From Octopus bimaculoides (Eukaryota): 64,000 nucleotides of DNA. Position numbers and translations under genes: made by a program. The DNA lies in NCBI RefSeq assembly GCF_001194135.2, contig NC_068993.1, forward strand, positions 56,135,029-56,199,028, read 5' to 3'. Each line of letters opens with the position of its first letter. Position 1 is the stretch's first letter. Positions 1-12,828 of this stretch are shown one piece after another. A model generated the notes under the pieces. That model was given only the letters and a program-made list of their open reading frames with translations. It ran no database searches and was not told the origin of the DNA.

Positions 1-156
1 TATATATATATATATATATATATTGTCTGAGAACAGACAATGTTGCGTTGTGTTCTTAATTTATTGACCCCCGAAAGGATGAAAGGCAAAGTCGACCACG
101 GCGGAATTTGAACTCAGAATGTAAAGACAGACGTGCTAACGTTTCTGCCAGCTCCA

Positions 157-253
<97 letters not shown>

Positions 254-544
254 ATGTATATGTATTGATGATGTATGTGTGTAAGTGTATACAGTAAGTG
301 TTTTTGGCGAGAAATTTGATCCGGAGTTGTTTGTTATAATAGGTTCTGTGCTGAATATATTTCTGTCATATCCTGTAATATGATCAAGCGCCGTGCCCCC
401 CATTTATTAAACGTTTGCTATACTTCTGTTGCAACATTTATTATCTTACGTCAATGATATCAAACTATTTCGTCCTCTAATTCTAACATCTTCAAACCCA
501 TGTCTGTCTGTATCTTTATGTCTTGCTGTCTGACTTTCTTCCAC

Positions 545-576
<32 letters not shown>

Positions 577-703
577 ACATAAATAAACACACTTAGAGAT
601 AAATAAATAAATAGATAGATAGTTATGTATGCATGCATGTGTGTATGTATGTATTTGTGTATGTATGTATCCATGTATGTATTATCTATGTATCTATGTA
701 TGT

Positions 704-965
704 AGAGCGCATGGCCTAGTGGTTATCGTGTTGTACTCACGATCGCGAGATCGTGGTTTCAATTCCTGGACCAAGATGTTGCGTTGTGTTCTTAAGTAAA
801 TCACTTCATCTCACGTAGCTCTGCGACCACTTCGACACCTGACAGGTTTTTCACCGTGCACCTGTTCAGGTAAAATCGATTTGAAGGTAAGAGCTAACGT
901 ACAACACATGCACTTGATCCTTACACACAAATCATTTGTGCAGGTTGGGCAGCAAGAAATTGCAG
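704..965 (+). mobile_element. tRNA-derived SINE (family C)
   Basis: TGGCCTAGTGG / GGTTTCAATTCC head, then GTTGTGTTCTT. Related reverse copies at 1085-1320 and 30630-30885. Confidence 0.7.
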
Positions 966-1015
966 AGCTGTCTATTTCGGACTACGAAATATGCACTTTT
1001 CGGTAACTGCTTTAC

Positions 1016-1063
<48 letters not shown>

Positions 1064-1320
1064 TGGACTCTCCCGTCGAAGACGACGTATGAGCGTTCAG
1101 CTTTTACCGAATGACCTGCTGAAATGATTCGTTTATAGTGATCAAATGTTCGCGCCGCACATTGGCTCACTCCCTCCATCAAATCGACGTTGTCTGAATA
1201 GTTGCACAATGTACAACAGGTCAGGATTGCAGAGCAACGTCAGATGAAGTGTTTTGCTCAAGAACTCAAAGCCCCACCTAGATTAGGAATTGAAATCATG
1301 ATCTAGCGATTGTAAGTGCA

Positions 1321-1367
<47 letters not shown>

Positions 1368-1967
1368 ATACCGGAGTAAGCACATGCAATATGCAACAAA
1401 ACTGAACGGGAACGTGAAACTCAGAGTAACGGTTTTTTTGTTATATTTCTGCTGCTTTTAAATAAAGTATATATATNNNNNNNNNNNNNNNNNNNNNNNN
1501 NNNNNNNNNNNNNNNNNNNNNNNNNNNNNNNNNNNNNNNNNNNNNNNNNNNNNNNNNNNNNNNNNNNNNNNNNNNNNNNNNNNNNNNNNNNNNNNNNNNN
1601 NNNNNNNNNNNNNNNNNNNNNNNNNNNNNNNNNNNNNNNNNNNNNNNNNNNNNNNNNNNNNNNNNNNNNNNNNNNNNNNNNNNNNNNNNNNNNNNNNNNN
1701 NNNNNNNNNNNNNNNNNNNNNNNNNNNNNNNNNNNNNNNNNNNNNNNNNNNNNNNNNNNNNNNNNNNNNNNNNNNNNNNNNNNNNNNNNNNNNNNNNNNN
1801 NNNNNNNNNNNNNNNNNNNNNNNNNNNNNNNNNNNNNNNNNNNNNNNNNNNNNNNNNNNNNNNNNNNNNNNNNNNNNNNNNNNNNNNNNNNNNNNNNNNN
1901 NNNNNNNNNNNNNNNNNNNNNNNNNNNNNNNNNNNNNNNNNNNNNNNNNNNNNNNNNNNNNNNNNNN

Positions 1968-2001
<34 letters not shown>

Positions 2002-3312
2002 TATATAACACATATATGCATGCATGCATGACATCGGTAGTTGAAATGACGGTAAACCCTACGCACATTTCCGGCATTTTATTAACGTCTTGCATCAAAG
2101 CCGCCATGACTGAAAGCTCTAGATTATATAATCGATAAACTAAGAAAGAAAAGAACAGATCTGAAACCAACCCAGTCAGATTGTCTGGAGTAATTATATT
2201 AATTCTATCTTCTCTCCTTTCGGATATTGTCTCTCATCATTCAAGCATTTGTTTTGTTGTTGGTGTTGTTGTTTATTTTTTATCGTCGTCATCATCATCG
2301 TCATCCTAATCAATATTAGAATCGTTAGCACGCCGGGCAAAATGCTTAGCGGTATTTCGTCTGTTTTACATTCGGAAAATTTTATGGGCGTTGGAAAATT
2401 TTATATACGTACAGAGGAGAAAGTGGTAGCAGAGACTATAGATGCGTCTGTACAGTTTTTTGTAGTTTTTGTCTCCTATTTAAATATTAACATTTTTTAC
2501 AAAACATTTGAATGTAATATTATGATAAAATGTTTGTTACCTAGAATCACAACAACGACATTAATTATAATAATTCTTTCTACTATCGGCAACAAGATAT
2601 GAAATTTTGGGGAGGGGGTTAGACGATTACATCGATCCCAGTACTTCACTGTACTTATTTTATCGGCCTCGAAAGAATGGAAGTCAAAGTTGACCTCAGT
2701 GAAATTCGAACTCAGAACGTAAAGGCGGACGAAATGCTCCTAAGCATTTTGTCTGGCGCGCTAACGATTTTGCTAACGATTTTGCCTATGTTGGTTGTAA
2801 TCGGTCAGCACACTTAATGCGAAACAGCATAAATAATAATTACAACAACAACAACTGTAGTAATTGATTTCGAAATGTAAACGTATAGGCGTGGGAGTGG
2901 CGGTGTGGTAAGTAGTTTTCAATGGCCGGATAACTGAAGAGATGTTGGCGTGGGCTCCCACCCTGGCATCCGAAACTCGGAGTTTTATCATGGCTACTGA
3001 ATAAGTGTCACATATTTTTACAGATATATATATATATATATATGCACATACATACATACATACATATACTCAGTATAACGGTACGAGCTACTGATAGTTT
3101 CTTGTTTTGGAGATAAGGGTCAAGGCATGTTTTATATAACATGCCTTGTGTCACAGAGCAATCTTACTCATATATTGATATCCATTATTGACGAATTATT
3201 TCGAAGTGCCACACAATTAACACAACAATTTTATCATTTTATTGCAAATCCCATCTATTATAAACCTGTCGTTAAGCATAAACGTAGTCATCCAAACATT
3301 TGTCTTAGAACA

Positions 3313-3608
3313 GTCGGCACTCCGTCGCTTACGACATCAAGGGTTCCAGTTGATCCGATCAACGGAACAGCCTGCTCGTGAAATTAACGTGCAAGTGGCT
3401 GAGCACTCCACAGACACGTGTACCCTTAACGTAGTTCTCGGGGAAATTCAGCGTGACACAGTGTGACAAGGCTGGCCCTTTGAATTACAGGCACAACAGA
3501 AACAGGAAGTAAGAGTAAGAGAAAGCTGTGGTGAAAGAGTACAGCAGGGTTCGCCACCATCCCCTGCCGGAGCCGCGTGGAGGTTTAGGTGTTTTCGTTC
3601 AATAAACA
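3313..3608 (-). mobile_element. SINE family B, reverse copy (head lost in the gap)
   Basis: Reverse complement of the 4140-4430 body. Confidence 0.85.
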
Positions 3609-4061
3609 NNNNNNNNNNNNNNNNNNNNNNNNNNNNNNNNNNNNNNNNNNNNNNNNNNNNNNNNNNNNNNNNNNNNNNNNNNNNNNNNNNNNNNNNNNNN
3701 NNNNNNNNNNNNNNNNNNNNNNNNNNNNNNNNNNNNNNNNNNNNNNNNNNNNNNNNNNNNNNNNNNNNNNNNNNNNNNNNNNNNNNNNNNNNNNNNNNNN
3801 NNNNNNNNNNNNNNNNNNNNNNNNNNNNNNNNNNNNNNNNNNNNNNNNNNNNNNNNNNNNNNNNNNNNNNNNNNNNNNNNNNNNNNNNNNNNNNNNNNNN
3901 NNNNNNNNNNNNNNNNNATACAATAATTTTTGTTATCATTTTGTCTTAATCCACTGTTCAGCTGCTAATAAAAAAATAATAATAATCACTTTTGTCCTCG
4001 TCAGGAATGTGTATATAGCATTTTATCTTCTTTTTCCACTTGTTAAATCATCCGTCGGTGG

Positions 4062-4432
4062 AGGCGCAATGGCCCAGTGGTTAGGGCAGCGGACTCGCGG
4101 TCATAGGATCGCAGTTTCGATTCCCAGACCGGGTGTTGTGAGTGTTTATTGGGCGAAAATACCTAAAGCTCCACGAGGCTCCGGCAGTGGGTGGTGGCGA
4201 ACCCTGTTGTACTCTTTCACCACAACTTTCTCATACTCTTACTTCCTGTTTCTGTTGTGCTTATAATTCAAAGGGTCAGCCTTGTCACGCTGAAAATCCC
4301 CCGAGAACTAGGTTAAGGGTACACGTGTCTGTGGAGTGCTCAGCCACTTGCACGTTAATTTCACGAGCAGGCTGTTCCGTTGATCGGATCAACTGCAACC
4401 CTCGTCGTCGCAACCGACAGAGTGCCAACAAC
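4062..4432 (+). mobile_element. tRNA-derived SINE (family B), full length
   Basis: A box TGGCCCAGTGG and B box GTTTCGATTCC. Near-identical copy at 61608-61985. Reverse copy at 3313-3608. Confidence 0.85.
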
Positions 4433-5106
4433 AAAAAACCATCCGTCCGTTAGTGTAATGCTTTCCTTACTCATTTCTTTTCCAAACAGGTCTGCCTTTT
4501 GACGTGATCAGCGGTCCGTTACTTGAAGCGTTTTTCCTTGAACTTTTCCAGTCTGAATTTTCATTTGACTTAATTTGATTATTTTTACCAGATCGTATTA
4601 CGATTTATGTTCTCGTTATTATACTCATCGATTAAGTTATCAATCAGCTAGTATTATGAAAATTTGTGTGTCTGAAACAAGCACCTCACTAAAAAGGAAT
4701 TTAAATTATTCGCCTGTTAGAATAAAAGTTCCGGTTTCAAATAAACCGCTACGCACCTACTGCGATTAATATATACAGACGGAAGCAAGAAGTGCTCTAG
4801 CTATGGAAATGGAGAAAACGAAGGCTGTTGCTGTTAGTGGTGTAGGCTGGCAGTGTTGTCGTGTTAAACTAGTTATTGTGGTTGAATCAATGTTACGGGT
4901 AATGTTGTCAAAGTTTTCAAGTAAACCTTATTCATAAATTGTTTATGTATTATGATGTCATAGTCCTCTACTTCCTCAGTTGTCTTTATGGTAGGGAGTG
5001 AGAGCGAAGAGGAAACATCAGTCATGCTTGAAGTATCTCCCGTGAAATCTGTGAGAGAGGCCAAGCAACGAAATCGCAGTTTTCAAATTTATTTACATGT
5101 TTCCGA

Positions 5107-5560
5107 ACTGGCAGACTCGTTAGCACGCCGGGCAAAATGCTTAGCGGTATTTCGTCCGTCCTCACGTTCTGAGCTCAAATTTAGCTGAGGTCTACTTTGC
5201 CTTTCACCCTTTCAGGGTCGATGAAATAAGTATCAGTGACGCACTGGGGTCAATGTAATCGACTATTCCATTCATCCAAATTTTCGGCCTTGTACCTATA
5301 GTAGAAAGGATTATGTTTTCTATGGAATAAAAATGGCTAAGACAATTAGTTTCAAATTTTGGCACAAGGTCAGCAATTTGGAAGAGAGGGTAAGTCTATT
5401 AGATCGAACCCAGTGTTCAACTGGTACTTTTTTTTATCGACCACGAAAAGATAAAAGGCAGAGTCGACCTCGGTGGAATTTGAACTCCGAACGTAAAGAC
5501 GGATGAAATACATCTAAGCATTTCGCCCGGCGTGTTAACGATTCTGCCAGCTCGCCGCTC
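5107..5560. mobile_element. Two family A SINEs, tail to tail (+5107-5315, -5345-5560)
   Basis: Family A consensus CTGGCAGAATCGTTAGCACG...CTTTCATCCTTTCGGGGTCGATAAAATAAGTACCAG... Confidence 0.8.
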
Positions 5561-5759
5561 CACAGGAATTTTTAATTTTAAAACACCTTTCATCTTAACG
5601 GTAGAATTAACTGAGAAACTCAAAGATTTAGCATTTGTTACAGGAAAAGCTAAAAATATTGGAGAGATCTGAGAAGTTGCCCAGATTGTGTGAGCATAGT
5701 TTCAGTCACTATGATGTAAAATGCTTTAAAATATCGAGATCTGACCATAAACGTATTGC

Positions 5760-6114
5760 GTAGTCGGTCCTTAACTTGAGACGGAATTGCGGTATATCCG
5801 GAGCAACGATTTTCTGGATCGAACCGAGTTGTTCAGTCTACTACCGTCTTACATACCCTATGATCGCTCAGTTAGGGCAGAAATGGGGCTTCACACCACC
5901 ACAACCAACACTACGACGAACAACAACAACAACAACAACAACACTGTCACCACTAATGTCAACAACAATAGCAACAGCTACAGGACACCAATGACAAGGA
6001 AAATTCTATTAGCTCACATGACAAAGAACAACAAGGAAGTTTTATGTAGGACTAACTACGTATATCGTCCATTTATTTCATAGCGTCGAAATTAATGGTT
6101 TCTAATAATATAAT
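5760..6114 (+). other. Candidate 5'UTR exon of the EP4-like gene
   Basis: Non-repeat, CpG-containing segment ending in the donor GTAAGT at 6115. The acceptor at 9871 before the ATG requires an upstream exon. No transcript evidence. Confidence 0.3.
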
Positions 6115-6399
6115 GTAAGTGAATAGTTCATTATTTTTCCGTCAGGGGAATATGACTTAAAAACATGCACAACCCACCCCCCACACCTGTCGTTAAACAC
6201 GGCGTAAATTTTATTCATTCTTAAAACTATTTAATACAAACCGTCCATTATGTCACGCACCGTTTTTTTTTCCCTTGTACTACTTTCATTTGTTTCTTCT
6301 TTCTATTTTCTTCTTCCTTGTTCTTTTTTCCAATTTCTTTCTTTCTTATTTTTTTCTTCTTCATTGTCCTCCTCCTCCTCCCCTTTTTTGCTTGGCATT

Positions 6400-6477
6400 C
6401 AATATTATTATTATTATTATTATTATTCACCACCATCACCACCACCACTATCATCATCATCATCATCATCATCATCA

Positions 6478-6508
<31 letters not shown>

Positions 6509-6565
6509 CTTCTTCTTCTTCTTCTTCTTCTTCTTCTTCTTCTTCTTCTTCTTCTTCTTCTTCTT
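6400..6565. repeat. Compound trinucleotide microsatellite (ATT)(CAC)(CAT)(CTT)n
   Basis: Read directly from the sequence. Confidence 0.9.
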
Positions 6566-7069
6566 TTTACTTTCTGTTGAGAACTTCCCAAATAATGCTT
6601 GCTGTACTTAGTAGACATGTTTCCTACACTGCATCAACTCTCAGGTCAAAGTCAACTTTTTCAAGCTTCGTTTTCAGATGTTTTTTGTGACTTTTCGCAA
6701 GGTTCCAATACTAAGCAATAAATATCACACCTCATATAAGGCGGCGAGAGTTGGCAGAATTATAAACATGTTGAGCAAAATGCTTGGTGACGTTTCGTTC
6801 TTCTTTTCGTTCTTCATTTTCGTTCTGAATCCAAATTCCCTCGAGGTCGACTGTCGGAGTCGATAAAATAAGTACCAGTTGCGCACTGGATCGATGTAAT
6901 CAACTTTCTTGCAAAAATTCCACATGTTCTTTCAGAATTTTTATGCATATACGTTTTGAATTTTTGTTAGCTAACTGTATAGTAAACAAAACTATTTAGA
7001 GATATGTCTATAAATTTAAACAAACTAATATTTGTTTTTATAAGCGTTAAAATGTGTACTATAAGATAC

Positions 7070-7214
7070 AAATAAGATGATAATTTATCTTCAAACGCAG
7101 AAACGCTCACAGCTGTTTGTTGACAAATTTTTCCGCTTTGTAAGGGCAATTTACCCAATATTTCTGCTGTTCTAACGGCGCTTCTACGTTTGAAAATAAA
7201 TTATCATCTTATTT
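7070..7214. repeat. Inverted repeat (37-bp arms)
   Basis: AAATAAGATGATAATTTATCTTCAAACGCAGAAACGC versus the reverse complement AAATAAGATGATAATTTATTTTCAAACGTAGAAGCGC. Confidence 0.85.
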
Positions 7215-7289
7215 ACTTTAGAGATGATTTAAAGCTCTACGGCAAAAACGAGAACCAGCTGGATTCATGAGTACAAACCGCAAGAATAT

Positions 7290-7800
7290 TTAGCTACGAC
7301 GTTGGGATAACTTTTGGAATTGAAAAATGTACAATGATAAAAATGAAAGAGAGAAACCCTATGGAAAATATGGGAAAAAGGCCTAGCTAATGATGAGAAT
7401 ATAAAATTATTAAATGCAGAAGAAACATATATCTGGGAATACCAGAGAGCGATGAAATCAAGAGCATAGAAATGAAGGAAACACACAGAAAATAATATTT
7501 TCGCAGAACGAAGAAGATATTAAAGTCATTCTTCGCAAAAATGTATTAACAAAAAGTTTCGTTGGCGTGTAGGACGCAGCCATCTTGTCAGGTATTCAGA
7601 GTCAAGAGTGAAAACTTTGAAAGAAGTTCGAAAAGGCATATAGGTATTTAGACAAGCCCCAACTGGTTGCTTTGACAGTATTACAGCCACCTGACTGCAT
7701 TGAACAATAGATTCCTAAGTATTAAGAAACCATTTTGAACTTCTTATAATGTCTCCACTCTCTTTCTGAACATCTAACGAAATGGATACGTCTTGCGTGT
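7290..7800 (+). mobile_element. Highly decayed non-LTR retrotransposon RT remnant (R4/Dong-like)
   Basis: Hand translation across frameshifts gives FGIEKCTMIKMK..ENIKLLNAEETY..LGIPESDEIK..MKET.RK*YFRRTKKILKS. Confidence 0.6.
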
Positions 7801-8628
7801 CCATGAAATTTTATGCAATATCGAGCTAAGTCAAACTGTTATTAACTACGAGTATACACACACACACACACACTCTCTCTCTCTCTCTCTCCCTCTCACA
7901 CACACACACATACACACAGAAATAAATAAATGAATAAATACAGTCATATGTATATGATGCAGTTAAATGAAGATCTTGCGCAAAGAAGGGTTGTTTCATA
8001 TAGAAAATGATGATTTTATTTCGTTTCCCCTCTTCCCCTCTTTTTCTTTTCTTCTCACTCTTTCACCCTCTTCAACACTTTTCTACCCCCATGTCTCCTC
8101 TTCTACCCCTTATGTTTTACTCTCCACCTCCTCTCTTCCTAAGATATGAATCTTGATCGTGCAGTTAAACGTAGTTGCCGTAATGGAAAAAAAGATATAA
8201 ATTTTATTGCAATAAGGGATTTCTATCCGAAAATGAATGAAGTTTCTTGTAACATGTTTCTAGAATCTTTACTTTGAATCTTTATTCAATCAAAGCTGAC
8301 GACATTTTTTCCATGTACATTGAATAATAAACACAACCGAAGTCTATAGGGAAGAGAGAAGAAACAAACAACGTTTAAGTCCGAGGAAGCCAGACATGTT
8401 GTGTGATGTGGCGACAAAAAAGGAAAAAATATCATTTAATTTTAGTTTATGCACTGCAGAAAGAAATTAAAAAATGTTTAAATATATATGCTTAAATATA
8501 TATGTCTGTGTGTGGCCATACACACATACATACGCATACATGTATGTATTATGTATCTGTGTATGTACATATGTATGTACATATCTATCTGTCTATCTAT
8601 CTATCTACATATATATGTGTGTGTACAT

Positions 8629-8659
<31 letters not shown>

Positions 8660-9244
8660 CACACACATATATACACACACACACATATGTTTATACGTAT
8701 ATATATATGTGCATATATGCCTTGTTCTACCACTACTCTCTCTCTCTCTCTCTTTATATATATATATATATATATATAAAGTGCTGGTGCGTATGTGTTC
8801 TCAGGGTGGCTTTCACAGCGGTGACTGACCGTGACAGAGAAAGCTAACAAAATATTTTTATTCTCCCTAAATTGCGAATTCCTAACACGAAGAAAGGGAA
8901 GAATTCTCCCCATTTCTCTCTCTCTCCCCCTCTCCCATACCCTCCCTCTCTCGTTTAATTGGAATCAGTTGTAGAAATGAGATAAACGGATAATGTATAA
9001 ATGAAGAATTAACAAAATATATTCAGGTTTTGACTGGAGAACAATTCCAGTTGTTAGATAAAACTAATTAGTTTGGTGTACTAATGGAAAAGTAAGTAAA
9101 TGTTCTACATAGTTAGCCTAGGTTGTTTTGGTGTAGATAGATGTTTGGGCATCGTGAAGAAACGTGGCCTAGTCGAGTTCGATTCCCAGGCTAGGCGGCG
9201 CGTTGTGTTCTTGAGTAAAAACACTTCATTTCATGTTGTTCCAA

Positions 9245-9678
9245 TACCCCCACATTTCGATCAGGGCGTGGGCGACAATATTGGACGGCCAGAACGAGGT
9301 GCGTCTTTGAGGTCAAAATTTCCATTTTTGAACTTGGCATACCAATCACGAGCGGTTCTTTCAGCCATGGCACCCTCTCCATACACAGCGCAAATGTCGC
9401 GAACAGCCTTTGCGGCCTTAGAGCCTTGATTAAAAACAAAAAGAAGGAGGTGTCGAAAATGCTCGTTTTTCTTAACTTGACATTCCATTTTAATGATCTG
9501 AAAATAAACAAAGATTAACTAAAATTNNNNNNNNNNAAAATTAACTAGAAAAAAAAAAAATAGATTCCAAAATGATTCAAAAATAGAATTCTCGGAAAAA
9601 ATAAAATCCAAAATTTAAAAACGCAATAAACTCCAAAATTAAAAAAAACGTCGGGAACTTAGTTGCCAACCCAATATA
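9245..9678 (-). mobile_element. Mariner (mellifera-like TIR) 5' fragment with transposase N-terminus
   Basis: TIR TATTGGGTTGGCAACTAAG at the right end. ORF MECQVKKNEHFRHLLLF...WYAKFKNGNFDLKDAPRSGRP (HTH region), truncated after SGRP. Confidence 0.85.
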
Positions 9679-9917
9679 ATGATTCTTTTCCGTTTCCTTA
9701 AAATAGTATGCTTTGGAGGAGGTTTGGCTGTCATTTCTAACAAATAGAACCCCACTTAGAAGCGTCTTCGTTGATGCATTGATGTGGTGTTTGAAAAAGA
9801 GGAAGACAATGATACTTTAATGTATTTAGTCATAATAAATTCGCTCTTACATGTTTTTCTTTCTCTTGCAGACGCCTACTCTATACAGTGTGATATATTA
9901 CTCCAGTGTGTACAAAG

Positions 9918-10342
9918 ATGGAGGACTTAACGTGTTCAAATGAGACCATGATGCCATTGAAAGCTCCAAGTAATTGTACCAATATGTCAGTTTGCGAGAA
10001 AGAAGAGACTAACATTAACATGTATGTTCCAATGTCAATGATGGTAACGGGAATGGCAGGCAATTTGGCGGCCCTGCTAGTCCTTTACACATTGTCAAAG
10101 GACATCCAAAGGACGGTTTATTTCCCGCTTCTCTCTGGATTAGCTTGGGCTGATTTGATTGGTCAAGCTCTGACCAGTCCCATACCAATCCTTGTCTACT
10201 CCCAGAAAATCAAGTTGGGCGGTTATTTGTGTATGTTTAACGGGTTTATTATGGTGTTTTTTGGTCTCCTGACACCACTCTTGGTCTGTGTCCTGTCTTT
10301 GGAACGAATGCTCTCTCTGAAGTTCACGTATTTCTATCACAG
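9918..10342 (+). CDS. PTGER4-like: EP4-like receptor coding exon 1 (MEDLTCSNET...FYHR)
   Basis: Upstream acceptor TTGCAG ends at 9871. ATG at 9918 (AAGATGG). Donor AG|GTAAGC, phase 2. Confidence 0.88.
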
Positions 10343-11042
10343 GTAAGCAATTCTTTATGAGATTCTAATGTGTACGTAGTAGTTGTTATTGGCGTAATTG
10401 TTGTTATTGTTGCTGTTGTTGATATTTGTGCTGTAGTTTGGCTCGAGATCAGTGATTTTCAGTCACTCTTTTACTATGTCAGAGGTGATATGAGGATGAT
10501 GATGAAGATGACGATGATGATACTAATAATATCTCTTTTTTTTCTCCTCTTTTCCTTCACAGGGTAGTTACCATCCGTAGAGCACGTTTAACCGTTATGT
10601 TCTGCTGTTTGGCCGTCTTTCTATTTTGCTGCTTGCCTTTCCTCAAATTCGGAGCGTATTCGATCCAGTTCCCATGTACCTGGTGTTTCTTAAAGTTCCA
10701 CCGGAAGAAGGACTCCCATCTATCAGCGTACGCCATCTTGTTCGGTTTCATCAACCTCGTTCTAATCGCTGCCATGGTAATCTTCAACCTCGTTGTCGTT
10801 ATTACACTGCTGCACATGCGCAGACAAAGAAGAGTGAACACGTCTCCGTCTTCATCGATAAAAAGAATTCTTCCACCGACACCAGCTCCATCAGTTTTGG
10901 CCAAAATCAAAATTGAAATGGAAATCAAAATGGTGTGGTTTCTATGTTGTATCACCACATTCTTCCTTATTTGTTGGGTTCCTCTCAATGTAAGTAAGCC
11001 GTAACTTTCTGTCTCTCTCCCTCCCTCCCTCTCTCTGTCTGC

Positions 11043-11116
<74 letters not shown>

Positions 11117-11672
11117 ATATATATATACAAAATATACTTACAAATATATATATATAAAAGATAACATTATTATAAATTATTAATAATAATATCAGTGGCC
11201 AGCATGCAATTAAAAACCATAGAGGTAAAAATTAATATAGATTTATAATTATACAGTAAACAATCGTTTAAGTCTCGCAGTGGAACGTAGATCCCCGTTT
11301 ATAAATTAGTTTGTTTTTTTGCTTTTGTCTTTGTAACGATGAGAGAAGCGCAATCGTTGTTACTTTCAGCGTTTCCTCCTGCCTCAAAAGAGATGAGTTA
11401 TGCACTTTCTCAATGAGTCACTTTTTGACCGCAGAAAAAGTATAAGTTTAGACCTATTTATAGTATTTACAATCTCTGACAGTACTAAGCTGGTTTGCAT
11501 AATTTGTATAATAATGCAAAAGTTGGCATTAAAGACTAATTAGTAAGTTAATTAATTAATTGATTAATTAATTAATAGGAGCACTATTTGTTGAAAGGAT
11601 AATTGGATATGCAGCATACAATTTAGCTCTGCTATATAAAGACAGATTCCATGGATAAGCTATAGGATATTA

Positions 11673-11732
<60 letters not shown>

Positions 11733-12764
11733 TGAGAATTTNNNNNNNNNNNNNNNNNNNNNNNNNNNNNNNNNNNNNNNNNNNNNNNNNNNNNNNNNNN
11801 NNNNNNNNNNNNNNNNNNNNNNNNNNNNNNNNNNNNNNNNNNNNNNNNNNNNNNNNNNNNNNNNNNNNNNNNNNNNNNNNNNNNNNNNNNNNNNNNNNNN
11901 NNNNNNNNNNNNNNNNNNNNNNNNNNNNNNNNNNNNNNNNNNNNNNNNNNNNNNNNNNNNNNNNNNNNNNNNNNNNNNNNNNNNNNNNNNNNNNNNNNNN
12001 NNNNNNNNNNNNNNNNNNNNNNNNNNNNNNNNNNNNNNNNNNNNNNNNNNNNNNNNNNNNNNNNNNNNNNNNNNNNNNNNNNNNNNNNNNNNNNNNNNNN
12101 NNNNNNNNNNNNNNNNNNNNNNNNNNNNNNNNNNNNNNNNNNNNNNNNNNNNNNNNNNNNNNNNNNNNNNNNNNNNNNNNNNNNNNNNNNNNNNNNNNNN
12201 NNNNNNNNNNTATACAGGGCGACCGTAAAGTTACTATACAGTTTGGCTGAAAACAACTCTATGATACGGTTGCTGAGACATATGTAAGAAGCCCAAAGAA
12301 ATCAATTTGCCGTTGCAGTTCAGAAAATGGTATCAAACGAACATCACTGCATAAAATACTTACAAAACTCAATATGAAACCTTACATTCCGCGCCTAATT
12401 CACGGACTTCTGGAGAATGATCCTGATCGCAGGCCTCAATTTTGCGAACAGTTTGTAAGTCAAGGAAGCCAAGTTTGTAAGTCAGAAGAAGCCAAGAAAT
12501 ATTGAAGATCTTCGGCAGTTCATTATTGATTCATTTGCTAACTTTGATCCAGTTTGTCACAGTGTGCTTTCACGCTGTCGAAAACGCATTGAAGCTAATG
12601 ACTTACAATTTGAACATTTATCATAACTGTAGTAAACGAAATTGATTGCCTATATTGTTACAATATTTACTGATGCAATACATACATTTTCTGAAAATCT
12701 TTATAGTCTAACCATGATATTCCTTTATTACAAACAAATGTATTGTAACTTTACGGACACCTTT

Positions 12765-12828
<64 letters not shown>

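Noticed and set aside
4062-4135. tRNA-like sequences (also at 704, 22572, 31005, 61608)
   Set aside because: A and B boxes are present but there is no acceptor stem, and each continues into a SINE body. They are not tRNA genes.
6248-8847. Low-complexity ORFs (poly-S/L/F/H, HT, YI, CV repeats) here and throughout the window
   Set aside because: They are translations of microsatellites, with no splice or homology support.
9261-9488. SETMAR-like domesticated gene
   Set aside because: It retains a TIR, is truncated before the catalytic domain and has no SET exon.
9881-10988. Antisense ORFs over the EP4-like exons (e.g. 10557-10988, 143 aa)
   Set aside because: These are shadow frames of real coding exons, with no independent features.
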